DNA of 63,843 bases, counting the filler, from Chiloscyllium plagiosum (Eukaryota), in assembly GCF_004010195.1 (NCBI RefSeq). It is 6 parts of one record of this genome, joined end to end, with 100 filler letters (N's around TTAATTAATTAA, not from the genome) between each part and the next. Parts side by side here need not be neighbours in the genome. Positions count along the whole stretch, not along the records: positions 8,741 to 18,147 come from NC_057717.1; positions 18,248 to 33,673 come from NC_057717.1; 4 more parts are not named here. One strand, given 5' to 3'. Made by a program: the position numbers and the translations under genes. Positions 12,991 to 26,357 of the stretch are shown one piece after another. Every line of letters begins with the position of its first letter. The stretch's first letter is position 1. Below the pieces are notes generated by a model. That model was not told where the DNA came from, made no database searches, and was given only the letters and a program-made list of their open reading frames with translations.

Positions 12991-14741
12991 TAAAATAATT
13001 GTTGATTATCTGGGAAAACAAAAGCTCAGCTGATTTATGCATGTCGTTTAGGGAAGGACATCTAACATTCATACCTGTTCTGGCTCACAGGAGACCCCAG
13101 ACCCACAGAAATATGGCTGACTCTGAGCGGCCTCGGGCATATAGCAGTGGGCAATGTATGCTGGTCCAGCCAATGACATCTCTGTGACATGCATAAATTA
13201 AAACGCATACTTCCATCGCTCCTGTTACAAACTCCTCCAGCTACCGAAATACGTACTGCCTCTGTAATGTTCTTCAGCACCTTGCCACTCTCTGTAACAC
13301 TCTCAACATTTCCATCGCCCTGAACCCTCCCTGTTCCTATCTTCTTATTAAACTCTGATAATGATTCTCCTTCCCATTGCTCTCCTCCTCCTGGAGACTC
13401 TGTGCGATCCCTTTATCAAATATTTCCATATTTCTAAACCGTTAGTTTCTTCAGAACTGTTAGAGTTTTTTTCTTGTCTTCTAAGCATTCTTAATTAAAT
13501 TTGATCCTTTCCGTCCTGTGTGAAGCACAGTTGGGAATGTCTTGCTGAATTTTGCCTTTTTGTTGAATATTTTACACAGTTCCCTCGAATGTTTTCCACT
13601 GTTCACTTCCAAGAGTACCTTTCAGTCTGTGTGCTCTGTTTACTTTGGGCAGTTCTCCAATCAAACTCATGTTTTCGCCTTTGTTTCTGGTTGTTGGGTG
13701 TGCCTACTGGTCATTTTTAATATGCATAATCTATTTGAATTCCGATATATTACAATTTCGCTGAGGATCGCTCAGTGTGATATCACTCATTCACTCACAT
13801 TCATCACCTCACCGATCTGAGATAGCTACGTCCATGACAATTTGTCCAATATGTTATTCAAAGAAATATTGCCAAACAGCATTCTTCAAACTCCTCTTTG
13901 AATATCACTCTTGCCAGTGTGATTGCCCCAAATTGTCGAAATTTAGAGGTCTCCCAAAATTATTAGAATGCATTTGCTACAAATTCCAATAATTCCTGAT
14001 TAACGCCGTGCTGAGTAATTGAATGTTGCTCAGCAGCCAAATACCTGTTCACCTGCTCGTGCTTTTGACATATAGTACATAGAATTTGCATTCAGGCGGA
14101 TTCAACTGAATAATCTTCGATCAAATGATTCGTTTGTAATGCCTTTGTCAGGGTTAGCAATCCAGCTTTTCCATTCCGTTTGAGTCTCCAGAAAGTTGTG
14201 AACCGTTGAATAGTTATGTTCCACAAAATGTTAACTCTGCAACCACGTCTGTCTAGTGTCTGAATCTCATTTATGTCGTAAAAACAATGACTGTAGATGC
14301 TGGAAACCAGATTCTGGATCAGTGGTGCGGGAAGAGCACAGCAATTCAGGCAGCATCCGACGAGCAGTATCATTTATGTCGTGTCCAGCTACCCTTTTGC
14401 AGATAATTTGTCTTTTCTAAAACAAGGGCTCATAATTTCCTCTAACTAACCTATTAGTTAATGTGCTGTTTTATATCACCTCTGTCCCTTCCAGTTCCTT
14501 TCTCCTTGTCTTCAGCCATGCCCCCAATGCTTTTCCAATACTTCACTTTTGGTCTTTGAATTCGGAAAGCTCCTTTCGCCTTAACCCTATCCCTGCGACT
14601 TCTCTGACAGGTTAAAAACCTTTGAATAATCTTACTGAGGTGATTGGCCGGGACACTAGTCCCAGCAGAGTTATGTTTATTTGACGCGTGCGATGTCGAT
14701 GTTTCTCGCTGTTCAGTGTTTCTTGCCCTAGTTCGCCTGGA

Positions 14742-15143
14742 ACTGAGTGGATTGCTAGACAAATCTCAGAGATCAGTTGAGACTCAAACACATTGGTCTG
14801 GGTCTGGATTATATGTACGACAGACAGCTGCCTGTAACAAATTTCCTTACCTGAAAGATATTAATCTATCAGATGCATATCCCTTGCTGATCGGTCTTGT
14901 GAATAACACTCGGCCATCGTATGTCCACTAATATCTCACTCACTGAGTGGATTGCTAGACAAATTTCAGAGATCAGTTGAGAGTCAAACACATTGGTCTG
15001 GGTCTGGATGATATGTACGACAGACAGCTGCCGATAACAAATTTCCTTACCTAAAAGATATTAATCTATCAGATGCATATCCCTTGCTGATCGGTCTTGT
15101 GAATAACACTCGGCCATCGTATGTCCACTAATATCTCACTCAC
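14742..15143 (+). repeat. 200-bp head-to-tail tandem duplication (two near-identical copies)
   Basis: ACTGAGTGGATTGCTAGAC starts at 14742 and 14942; only a few substitutions between copies. Confidence 0.95.
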
Positions 15144-15649
15144 CCCTGAGTACTGATACAATTCCACAATGAATCAACCACCTTCGTCGTGACCATTGTT
15201 TGATCCTGATCCCTTGCTGAACTCTGGTGCTATCACTCAGTAGCTATCCATATGGTATTGCTCACCATGTATGTCTATCTGCCTCTGGCTTCATCTTTTC
15301 CAGCTACTGCAGATCCTGAGTGAACAGAATTATCTGCTCCATGGAATTGAGGCATCACAGGTCACTCTGGGATATTACAGGTCTCTAGGGGACTCACTGC
15401 CATTCCCCAATTGTAACACTCACTGTGTCACTCTAATTTCGGATTCTCTCTATTTCTCTGTCTGCAGTAGGTAGGCAGGAAATGCATGACTCAATAGACT
15501 TCACAAAAGCTTCGAGTCTCACTTATCACCTCTTTGAAAGCAATTGGTGAGATGGAGGGAAGGGAGATCCGGAGACTTCAATAAATCCTGCAGCGAGGTA
15601 AGATCACTCACAGCGAATGGAGCCGACAGCATAAGGCATGACGTATTTG

Positions 15650-17110
15650 CGGTTCAAGTTGTCAGTTTGCACGCTGTGCTGGAAGATTTATTATCAGACG
15701 TTTCGTCACGATGCTAGGTCACATCATCAGTGAGCCTCCGCTGAATTGCTGGTGTACTGTGCCGCTTTCTGTTTATTAGTCTTGGTCTGTTATGACCCGT
15801 GATAAAAGTTCTGGTTCTTCTTTGAGTGGTTGGTAAATTGGTGCCAAACCAATATGTTCATTGATGGATTATCGGTTTGAAAGCCAGGAGTGCAGGAATT
15901 CCTGTACGCATCTTTATTTTTAGCCTGACCTGGGATGAATGTATTATCCCATTCGAAGTGGTGTTATTCTTCATATGTCCGTAAAGATGCTAGTGAGTTG
16001 GTTGTGCCTTTTGGTGGTTATTTGGTATTTGTGTATCCTGGCCGCTAGTTTCCTGCCTGTGTGACATATGCAGTATTAGTCAGAGGGACGAATGACATGT
16101 ACAGGGACGGGGGCAAAAAGAATTTCGAGTAGCACTGGAATCCAATCCAACAGAAATGGGCTTATGGAAGAAACTCAGCAGGCCATCAGAGAAACACTAA
16201 CACCAACACTAAACAGGAGGAAAAAGGGAACACACTCAACACACAGGAAAGGAATGCCCTGGAAGGACTTAGAAAATATAAAAAATACTGTAATCCTAAC
16301 TGACTAAAAAATGACACATGACCGTCATCCTAAACAGAATATGAAAAGCCCAACTCACTACACGCAGATATCTATACCTACCGCCAGGTGGCAATGGATC
16401 TGATTCCAACACAAGATAACCGGATCACAGCTCAATGTAGAAACTCTACAAAACAGACGAAATGGATATGACTGACAGCCAAAGAATGAAACCTGTTGGA
16501 TCCAATGGATCCATTTTCTCGGAATTACCGAAGGTACAAAAACCAGGAGGACACTTCAGACCCATAGTCATAGCACACCGACATGCAGACTAGCAAAGGA
16601 ACTTCAACAAAAACTGAAACACCTATTAGAAGCCTGAAGCTATTGCATCCACTCCACTTGACAATTCTTGTTCATCATCCAAAACACCAAGCTTGGGGAA
16701 GATGAAGTCATGGTTACCTTCAATGTAACGGCCCTATTCAAATAAATTAACATCTGCCTGATCAAAGAAACACTGACTGCACTTCGAGACGACCCAAGGA
16801 CGCAATTACAAGACAGCTCCAGCTCCATCAGCAAGAACAGCATGTTCAAGGTAGTAGACCTGTGCCTCACTACTCATTTACCTTCAACACAGGACATACA
16901 AACAAAGCAACTGTACATGCATGGGATCACCAATACCAGGATTCTTCGCAGAAGCAGTTACGCAGTGATTCTCACGAACAGCGCTTCCCACGATCCAAAT
17001 CAGTCTTTGCGTACGCTATTTGGATGACACGTTTGTTATCACGAAATGGAACAAATTCGAAGAAACCTGCAAACTCAGAAACAACATTTGCCAAAGAGGA
17101 AGAGAACAAA
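15650..17110. mobile_element. Penelope-like retroelement remnant: inverted 3' end (GIY-YIG plus pLTR, 15650-16070 -) abutting the RT region (16080-17110 +)
   Basis: Minus: TGRKLAARIH and SINEHIGLAPIYQPL (PLE GIY-YIG C-terminus). Plus: LPKVQKPGGHFRPIV, DEVMVTFNVTALF, RYLDDTFV (PLE RT motifs); frameshifted. Confidence 0.85.
15694..15733 (-). ncRNA. Minimal type I hammerhead ribozyme motif (PLE-associated)
   Basis: Minus strand: uca-CUGAUGA-u-gugac-cuagcauc-gugac-GAAAC-GUC-uga; intact core, 3-bp stem I, stem II with one mismatch, GUC cleavage triplet. Confidence 0.8.
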
Positions 17111-17124
17111 AATAGACTCATGTT

Positions 17125-17240
17125 CCCAGATGAAAGGCGTTTTTCCGAAACTTCGATTTTCCTGATCATCGGATGCTGCCTGACCTGCTGTGCTTTTCCA
17201 GCAACAAGCTAATCTCCAGCATCTGCAGAACCCACTTTCC
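17125..17240 (+). mobile_element. Short PLE-derived repeat (3' end with degenerate hammerhead); related copies near 14280-14370 (-), 36020-36110 (-), 58975-59065 (+)
   Basis: Shared GGATGCTGCCTGACCTGCTGTGCTTTTCCAGCA core, preceded in most copies by a decayed CTGATGA...CGAAAC motif. Confidence 0.7.
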
Positions 17241-18249
17241 CCTAACTTGTTGTCACAATGAAAACATTAAGAGTTGGAGTTGGGATAGCATGTTGTAGCT
17301 GTACAGGACATTGCTGAGGTCATCATGTTGATCAGTATTTTTGAACAACATTGTTAATCAAATCTCCTCTCAGAATCTCTGTTCCTAACTTTCCACTTTA
17401 CTACAGTTCACTTTCACAGATTAGCGAATTTCCTCTGTACTCTCTCCAGTCCAATTCCATCTTTTCCTGTGACAGGGTGACCAGAACTGCACACAGTCTA
17501 TAAGCTGCGACTGAACTCATTATTTGCTCATTTTCAGCATAAACGTCCTGCTCTTATATTTTGCAGTTTGACTGACAGAGGAAATGAAGCCATTCTGTCA
17601 CTTACAGAGATGATTGAAGTATCCATTTAACTTCAGTGTTCTGAATATACTGTCTATCCTCTCACTTACTGTGCATTCCTCTCTACTGTTGATGTCCCAA
17701 AATGCCTTTCCTTGCTCTTCTCTTGGTTGTTTGCTTCTCCCACCTGTGCCCATTAGTTTCTGTTTTGAAACAGTACACCATGTGTTCTCTTGCCAAATCC
17801 AAGTACATCGCATCAAGTTGCAAGTTACTGTGTCAAACCAAAGCAGTCAGCTTAATTCTGCGTGATCGTCCTTGAACAAATCCAGGCCGACTGCTCGGGA
17901 GTCTTTGGGCAGAAACATAGCAAAAAACAACTTTGAAATAATGCTCGAAATTCCAAGTCTTTTGAGAAAAATAATAAAGGCATATAATTCGGAAACAAAT
18001 TGTTTCAGAGAAAACACTGGGAGTGAAAGCCAAAGTAGATTTATGAACTGGGAATCATGTATGAGAATATGACTGGTAGATAGATTATGGAGAAACAATC
18101 GACTCAACACATTTCGGTTATCAGATAAAGTATCAATACAGACCCAANNNNNNNNNNNNNNNNNNNNNNNNNNNNNNNNNNNNNNNNNNNNTTAATTAAT
18201 TAANNNNNNNNNNNNNNNNNNNNNNNNNNNNNNNNNNNNNNNNNNNNCT

Positions 18250-18343
18250 TGGGATTGGGCATGGTTAGATTTGGGGATACAAGCCGTACTGATGATTATT
18301 CAAGCTGGGTACTATCCCATCCTCGCTATTGTTGGTGTTGCTG
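18250..18343 (+). pseudogene. GPR139-like: Orphan GPR139-like first coding exon (end of N-terminus plus first half of TM1) with non-canonical donor
   Basis: Reads WDWAWLDLGIQAVLMIIQAGYYPILAIVGVA+g. YYPILAxxGVP|V is the exon-1 end of this family and fits the phase-1 acceptors of both exon-2 copies. Next bases are GAAAG where GTAAG is expected. 5' part lost in gap. Confidence 0.75.
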
Positions 18344-18539
18344 GAAAGCCTCCCTCTTTCAATCCTATCAACGATGGTGAAGATTATTGCTATTCCAATT
18401 AATTATATTTTACAGATATATGAACTTTCAGTCACAAACTCCATTTCCTTTTCATGCACTTCCAAACTGCCGACTCACAAACATCTAAGCAGGAATAAGC
18501 CCATTCGGAACTTTGAATCTCGTTTTTGACCTGAACTGT

Positions 18540-18720
18540 TTTATATCTCCATATTCTCTCTATCATCAAATTTCTCTCTGTCACCAACATCCATAATATC
18601 CCCAGTCTCCAGCTCTGCCACAGTGCTGTTGCTGAATTAGCCATCATCTACCCTTTTGTCAATGACAGATTTTACTGCTCCAGTTCTCTCCTGACGTCTC
18701 TTCCAGTTACAAATATTTTG
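18540..18720 (+). mobile_element. Ancient L2-type LINE ORF2 C-terminal remnant
   Basis: Weak resemblance to the L2 'HLRNIARLRP.L...AAETLIHAFVTSRLDY.NSLL' region. Confidence 0.4.
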
Positions 18721-18799
18721 CCCACAAGCAATTTCTTATCTCTACAGTTACTTCACAACAGAGACTCTGTATCTGAATAATAATGTCACGGAGCATGTA

Positions 18800-19130
18800 A
18801 TTCAGAGGCATAGGTTATGATTCTAAAAGCATTGTTTGAAATCCTACTATCGCCAATGACTAAACTATAATTCAAATGACAAAAATTGCAATGAAACCTA
18901 ATTTCACTCATGGCAACCATAAACCATCAGGATTGTTTTCCTTATTTTACTGATAAACTTTTGGAAAGAAACTTAAAATTTTTACCCCATCTGGACTAAG
19001 TGTAACTTCAGACCCACAACAATGTGGTTGGTTTATATTGCCTTGACAAGTAGCCGCGTGGTCAAGGGTCATTAGAGATGGACAACAAATGCTGGCCTTG
19101 CCAGTGATGCTGGCATCCCGTGATACAACA
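18800..19130 (+). mobile_element. Old SINE-like family; related copies near 13005-13205 (+), 14745-14900 (-), 26300-26760 (-), 53060-53270 (+), 60630-60790 (-)
   Basis: Shared blocks such as AGACCCACA(G/A)CAATGTGG and ATGCTGGCC..GCCA(G/A)TGA across copies; B-box-like GGTTCAAATCC at ~53122. Confidence 0.6.
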
Positions 19131-19389
19131 GCATTAAAGGTGAAAAACTAAGGGAATATGGATGCTGAAGATCTGAAATAAAATTCTCCACCGTCTGAAA
19201 TAATTTTGGAGAATCTCAGCAGGTATGGCAGTCTGTCGGACTGGAGAAACACAGATAACGTTTCGAGTTCAGTGACCCTATCAAGACTGAATGCAACTAG
19301 GAAATAATATCATTTGTATCAGGGAGGATTAGAAGGGTGAGTGGAAGGTTTGTGTTGAATGGATGGAGAAATGTCCAGCAAGAGGGGTG

Positions 19390-19437
19390 GGAGAGAGAGA
19401 GAGAGAGAGAGTTCGAGATAAAGAGAGAGAGAGAGAG
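19390..19437. repeat. Interrupted (GA)n microsatellite
   Basis: Two GA runs separated by gttcgagataaa. Confidence 0.9.
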
Positions 19438-20469
19438 GAAAAGCAAGCAAAAGGATGGCTATTGATGGACCGGAAGTAAAATAGGATGGGAGGCTATTCT
19501 AACATTTCCCCTTTTCCCATTTTCCTGAATACCACCTCCATTTCAGGATGGCATGTTTAAAGTGATTCATGTTCCCACTGTCCCTCTTCTCTGAACGTGG
19601 TGATCACGTCCTTTGGCAATACTGGTGCTGCCCTTAAAATTGCTGAGATACGGAGAAATACAATTTTACATTGTCAAATTCTCTTTTGGAGAGATAAACT
19701 ATTACTGTGAGACTGCGTGGAGATGTAACGGCTTTCTCAGCTATGAAGAGAAACTGACAAGACGGAGGTATTTTCAACACTGAATGGGTGAAACATGTGT
19801 TTGGGGAATTGACATACTGCTGTCATTAGAAAGTCAGTGGAGATTCTGTGCATGGTGTTTTCAGGTGTGTGTTGTCAGATGCTGCGTTCATTCAGGGAGA
19901 CCCGAGGGCCTGTTGACCCCACTCGAGACACTGCATCTGGGTATCTGGGTGGATGGGAAACAAATGGAGCCGAGACGACACAGAAGGGAAGCTGTGAAAA
20001 CAGGATCGTGCCGGGCACTGCACATTTATCCCTGGGATTCCCAGGAACATTTGTCTAAGCTGGACACGTTCCAAATGTAAAGTGTGAAAACAGTTTGTTT
20101 CAAAAATGTGGTGCTCACTGAGCTGTGTCCCCTCCTTCAGTATAACCTGTAGCCTCATATCAGTGACAGGACGGTGCTGACTCTCACCGAGAAGTGAACT
20201 GGATTGATTCTGGAACTTTCCAGGCTGGAGTGGGTAATATATCCACCATCTCTGAAGTACAGTCCTCCGTTGTATTCACGTGCTGAGAGAAGCCACCTTC
20301 TTGCTGACAGAAATACATTGGTTCCATCTCCACAGGGGAACGTACAGAAACTAACTTCCAAAAATACGAGAAAACAGAGTGACTGGTAAAAATGAGAAAC
20401 AGCAGGAAATTAAAATTAAGGAAGAGTACGAATTTGAAATTCTAATTGAATTGAAGTTTCATTATTTGC

Positions 20470-21460
20470 TGCATCTGATGAGCTACATCCCAGAGTATTG
20501 AGGAAGTGCCAACTGAGCCAGTGAAAGAATTACAGATTATTCTTCAAAGCTAGTTAGATTCAGGAAAGGATCCTGTAGACTGGAAAGCAGCTATTATAAG
20601 CCTAAATATTTAAAACAGAACGGAGAGGGAAAACATAAAACTGAATAGATTCATGTCAGCTATGAGCAAACATTGTAACCTTTTATTAGAATGTGACAAC
20701 TAGACACTTGGAAAACAGTGATATGATTTGGAAGATTCGGTCTAGATTCAGGAAAGGGAAATGATCATTGATTAACCTGCTATAGTTTGTGGAGATTGTC
20801 CATTGTAACATTAACAATTGAGAACCAATGGGAGTGGAATATTTGAATTTTCAGCAGACGTTTGACACGGTTGAATATAGGTGAGTGGGTATGTTAAATT
20901 CCATGGGTAGGAGGTCATTCAGCCCATTGATTCCAAACTGAGCAGAAGTGGGGATATTCATGGAAGGTTAGTTAATGTTCAAAACATATATACGACTTGG
21001 ATTAAAAATTGGATAATGGATACAGTGAAGGCAGTAGTGTTTTTTCTCTGGACTGAAGGCTTTTGGGTATCAGAAGGATCAGTGCTTCGTCAATAGCTGT
21101 TCATAAGGTATAAAAACGGAATCAGATGGGAACAACAAATATCATCATTCACATTTATATTTGTTAAATGGTGAGAGGTTGGCGAGTGCTTTTGTAGAAG
21201 AGGACCTGGATGTCCTTGGTCATAAGTCACTAACAAAATTCTTACGGGACAGGAAGTAAATGACACGTGGCTCTTTTTACAAAATGATTGGAGTACCAGG
21301 GTTAGTATATCTTCCCAATGGTAGTAATTTGTTGAGACAGTATTTGGTGCATTGTGTACAGATTTGATCTGTTTTGTAAATAATGATCTCTTTGTCACCG
21401 AGACAGTGCAAAGGAGTTTCACCAGACTAAACCCTGGCATGATGTACCGTGACGAGAGAG
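20470..21460 (+). mobile_element. Highly decayed CR1 RT fragment
   Basis: Remnants DWKAAII and EYLNFQQTFDTV, typical of CR1 ORF2. Confidence 0.6.
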
Positions 21461-22544
21461 TTCAGGATCTATGTGTTTAATCTGTAGCGCTGTCAGAGCA
21501 TAAGAAGTTGAAACTTGATGGTTATGGACGGGCACTCATTATGTCCCAAACAGCTGAATAGTGGGATAATTCCATACTTTTCATGGCATGTGTGATTCCT
21601 GATGTGTGCCTCTGCAGAGCCCCCATGTTGTTTGACAGTGAGGTACACGCTCTGGATGAACTCTGAACACTTTAATACACAGTTACTGTGTGACACGGAT
21701 TTGAATGTTACTTTGTAGACAATCCTGTCAGCAGTCAAAATACCTTCAGTCTGAAAGATTTAACAATTCTGTACCCGCATCTGACCTCCATAGCGACCGT
21801 GGGTCTGCTTTCTTGAAGATGGAAAACATCTTGGAGAATGGTTAAAAAAGGTTGGCTTCATTCCTACTACCAGAAAACTATGTTAAAGTAACACATAGGT
21901 AGTATCAGTAATTACGCCATGTGGACCAGGTTGGAGCAGTCTATCTATTCAGTCACTGCTCCATTTGTTGTGATGTTGGAGGATCTGTGACAACTTCCTG
22001 TTCCTGTATTAGTGACTTGCGAAGCTGAATGACCTCTTCCTGTTTCTTTTTAATCACTCCGAGTGTGAAATGGTCTCTTTCTGATCCTGTGCAAGTGAAG
22101 TGTGGGAGTGAGCAGATTTATTCTCTTCCAATGTAACAGGCAGGAGGGACTGAATGAGCTACCGCACGTCCTGTCCAATAGTTTGATAGGGGCTGATGGA
22201 GCTACCCTGAGGATCTCCTACACATGCATCCCATAGCTGAGATGATTGATGTCGACTTCGATAAACATCTTCCCTTATGCTACGAATGACTCCAAACAGT
22301 GGAGCGATCACTACCGATTCTCATTAAGTGCTATTTTCCTCAGGATCCTTAATGTCATCCTCAGTCTAACACTGCCTTGAGTTCAGGGCCAGTATTTCTT
22401 ACCTGAGACCATGTGTTCCCTATTCTGTTCATATAAATAGGTCACGGTGTAGAAGCAGGGAATGTTTTCTTCAAACAGACGGTAGTGAATGTCAGGAAGT
22501 ATCTTACACAGAGAGTTAGGTGAGCTAGCTCACTGATAGGGACC

Positions 22545-23535
22545 ACTGGTGTCCTGCAGGGATCGGTTCTGGCACCTCTGCCCATTGCGACTTTTATACA
22601 TGACTTGGATAAGGAAGTGGAAGGGTAGTGTTAATAATTTGCTAATGACACGAAAGTTCGTAGAGTGGTACATAGTGTGGAGGGCTGTTGTTGGATGCAA
22701 CGGGACATTGACATAATGCAGAGCAGGTCTACGAAGTGTCAGATGGAGTTGAAATTGGAATAGTGTGAAGTGATTCCCTTTGTAAGCTTGAATTTGAATG
22801 CAGAATACAATGTTATGTGCAGGATTCTTGGAAGTATGGAGGAACAGAGGGATCTTGGTTCACACGTCCATAGATCCCTCAAAGTTGCTGCTCAAATTGA
22901 TCGGATTGTTAAGAAGGCAAATGGTGTGTTAGCTTTCATTAACAGTGGGATTGACTTTAAGAGCCGTAAGGTATGCTGCAGCACTATAGAGCCTTGGTTA
23001 GACCACCCTTGAAATATTGTGTTCAGTTCTGGTCACCCAATTATAGGAAGGAGATGGAAACTGTAGAAAGAGTGCAGAGGAAAATTGTCAGAATGCTGTC
23101 TGGACTGGAGGGCAGGCTTTAGGAAGAAAGATTGATGGAGTTAAGGCTTTCCTGATTGGCGTGAAGACGAATGAGAGGTGACTTGATAGAGTAAACAAGG
23201 TGGTGAGAGGGCTACATATACATTACATAGCCAGAGGCATTTTCTCAGGGCAGAAATGGCTATCAGGATGTGGCATCATTTGGAGCAAGTTTTCGAGGAG
23301 ATGTCAGAGGTCGGTTCTTTAACTGAGAGTGGTGGATGTATGAAATGCACTGCCAGCAGTGGTAGTATAGAGGTAGGTACATAGGGACATGTAAGCGACT
23401 CTTAGATAGGCACATGGGAAGATAGTACAAAGTATTTAATGTTGGTTAGTCTGATATGAGAGTAGGACAAAAGGTCGGTGCAACGTTGAGGGCCAAAGGA
23501 ACTGTAATGCGCTATAATTTTCTATGTTCTATCTA
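22545..23535 (+). mobile_element. 5'-truncated CR1 LINE (RT C-terminal half to 3' tail)
   Basis: GVLQGSVL, FANDTKV, EEQRDLGSHVHRSLKVAAQIDRIVKKANGVLAFI, YCVQFWSP; ends in a TTCTATG-type tail. Confidence 0.85.
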
Positions 23536-26357
23536 CTATGAGACTATTTAAAGAGGGGTTAGATGGATTTTGACCGATCAGAGAGGTGAGGGCTATTAGC
23601 AAGCAGGCATGAAAGAGGCTTTGAGAGCTAGAACAGATCAGTCATGATCTTAGTAAGAGCAAGGCAGGATTGGGGTTTGAACAATTTCCTCCTGTTTCTG
23701 ATGTTCTCGCATTCTGTTATTGGAATGTTACTGGGTGTTAATTTCCTGGAAGGTCTGTTATTGAATATTGCAGTCAGAGAGACCAGAGGATGCTGTGAGC
23801 CATCTGTGGGTGAGGTCTCGTGGCTGTATTCACAGTGAATCTGTGTCTACAACATGACCAATAAGTGGAGCACAAGTTACAGAGAGGGGAAGATCTGTAT
23901 AGAGAGATTAGAGGCCTATTTCATACCGAGCCTGGACTTTCCAATTCTATTTTCCAAATCTCCTAAATCGTCTGGGACAGACTTGAGGGGTTGACTGGTC
24001 TCCTCTGTTTCTGTGCACCAGGTTATAGTAGCAAGTAGCATCCAACTGCTCCTGTCTAGCAGTTTTGAGCGGCTGAAAGGAACACAGAAACATGGGACTG
24101 AGGAACAGGAGTGGGTCATTAGACAAGTTGACCCTTCTCCATCAGGCACTAAGATTGTGNNNNNNNNNNNNNNNNNNNNNNNNNNNNNNNNNNNNNNNNN
24201 NNNNNNNNNNNNNNNNNNNNNNNNNNNNNNNNNNNNNNNNNNNNNNNNNNNNNNNNNNNNNNNNNNNNNNNNNNNNNNNNNNNNNNNNNNNNNNNNNNNN
24301 NNNNNNNNNNNNNNNNNNNNNNNNNNNNNNNNNNNNNNNNNNNNNNNNNNNNNNNNNNNNNNNNNNNNNNNNNNNNNNNNNNNNNNNNNNNNNNNNNNNN
24401 NNNNNNNNNNNNNNNNNNNNNNNNNNNNNNNNNNNNNNNNNNNNNNNNNNNNNNNNNNNNNNNNNNNNNNNNNNNNNNNNNNNNNNNNNNNNNNNNNNNN
24501 NNNNNNNNNNNNNNNNNNNNNNNNNNNNNNNNNNNNNNNNNNNNNNNNNNNNNNNNNNNNNNNNNNNNNNNNNNNNNNNNNNNNNNNNNNNNNNNNNNNN
24601 NNNNNNNNNNNNNNNNNNNNNNNNNNNNNNNNNNNNNNNNNNNNNNNNNNNNNNNNNNNTCTTTTATTATCTCCTCCAAACTGAGCAACTTCCCATTTTC
24701 CCAAGTTACACCCCATCTGGCAACTTGTTGCCCCCTTCTCCTGTACATCTGTCTCTTTTCATAATCCTCTTAGACCTTTACAGTTATGCCTTTTCTAGGA
24801 GATATCCCCCCTTCCCAATCTTCCAAACATTTACTGGGAGCACTGGGCAGTGGGAAGCAGACAGAGTTGCTATCTTTTTAGGGATACGCTTTGGAGTAAT
24901 TGGGAGGATCTTCCTACCCATTGGTCAGGATGGAGACAACTTGCCCATCGTTAGGCATTAGCCTTTCACACCCATGTCTTATTGATGAGGCAGAGCGGCA
25001 GCACGGAATGAAAGAAAAGAAAGTCATTCTTGTTCTCCAGATCTCATTGACGCTTGGATCATTTTCTCCAAAGTGTCAAAGAACTGCTTTGTTCAGTCAC
25101 ATGAGATCGCCAGCTGGAATCTCCTAGAAACCCACAGATTTCCCCCTGCGTTGACTGCTATTGTCCTCAAGGGTAATATGTACAGTAATCCTGGGCCACG
25201 AGGAGGGGATGGTGTGAGTTTCTAACTTGAACTGATAGTGACTGATTTTATAAACTTGTATTACAGGATATTACAGGTGGACATTCAGATGGTAATCTCA
25301 TTAAATGTTCTGCCAAAATCTGATTGAATTACTCAATATATCAGGACCTGGATATTCGCATTGTGTGTGTGAGTATTGTGTTTCAGATCAATGCCATTTG
25401 TTGCTGAAAATTTTCTCTTTTGAATCATCGCATTCTCTCAAACGGTTTCCCCAAACCTTCAATGTGTCATGTAATCCTTTTATGATGACCTGATGAGTGT
25501 AAGGTTTATTATTCGAATGTGTAATTTTTGTACAAGGATGTCTCGGAGAGGGAGCAGAATATTCTTAAAGGGGAGAATAACCATTTTGAGGGGAGGCTGT
25601 TGTTTATTGGTATCAATGACATAGGAATAGAAGAGTTCATATTGTTGGATCATTGGAATCTCTTGTGGGGTAGAATTGACCTCCATCAGAAGGATGGATT
25701 GTACTGGGAGTGGAAGGGAACAGTTGCTAGTGCTATTCAGGAGGCATTAAACCAGTGAAGGAATGTGGGTAAACCCAGAGAGAGAGTGAGGGAAGAGCTA
25801 AGCCTGACGCTGGTACAGTTCAGACGTCAAACAGTCAAGGCAGGGAAGGGCAAGACACAGAATGAGCAGTTACACTGCATTTATTTCAATGCAGGAGGCT
25901 AGATAGGTCGGGCAGAGGAGCTCAGGGTATGGGTTTGAGTATCGCACTGGGATATTATAGCAATTACAGAGGCATGACTCAGGGATGGATAGGACCAGCA
26001 GCTTAATGTTCCATGGTATAGATGCTATAGCAAAGATAGCAAGGGGGCAACAGAGCAGGGGGAAGAGGTATTTTTGATTAGCGATAACATTACAGCTGGG
26101 CTTCGAGAGGGTATTTCTGGGAGTACATCCAGGTAGGTTATACAGGTGGAACTGAGAAATAAGAAAGGGATGATCTCCTTCTTGGGATTGTACTATTTAC
26201 CCCTACCACCCCCCCTTCCCCAATAGTCAGCGGGAATTGAGAAGCAAATTTACGAAAACATCACTTATCTGTAAGAATAGTATGGTTGTATACAAGACTT
26301 GACCTTTTTTATTCATTCACAGGATGAGGGTGTCACTGGCTGGGCCCAAAGGGCAGT

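Noticed and set aside
19640..20400. Unique-looking sequence with short ORFs (also 21480-21950, 54300-54780)
   Set aside because: No recognisable protein motif in the frames I read; a BLASTX search would be needed.
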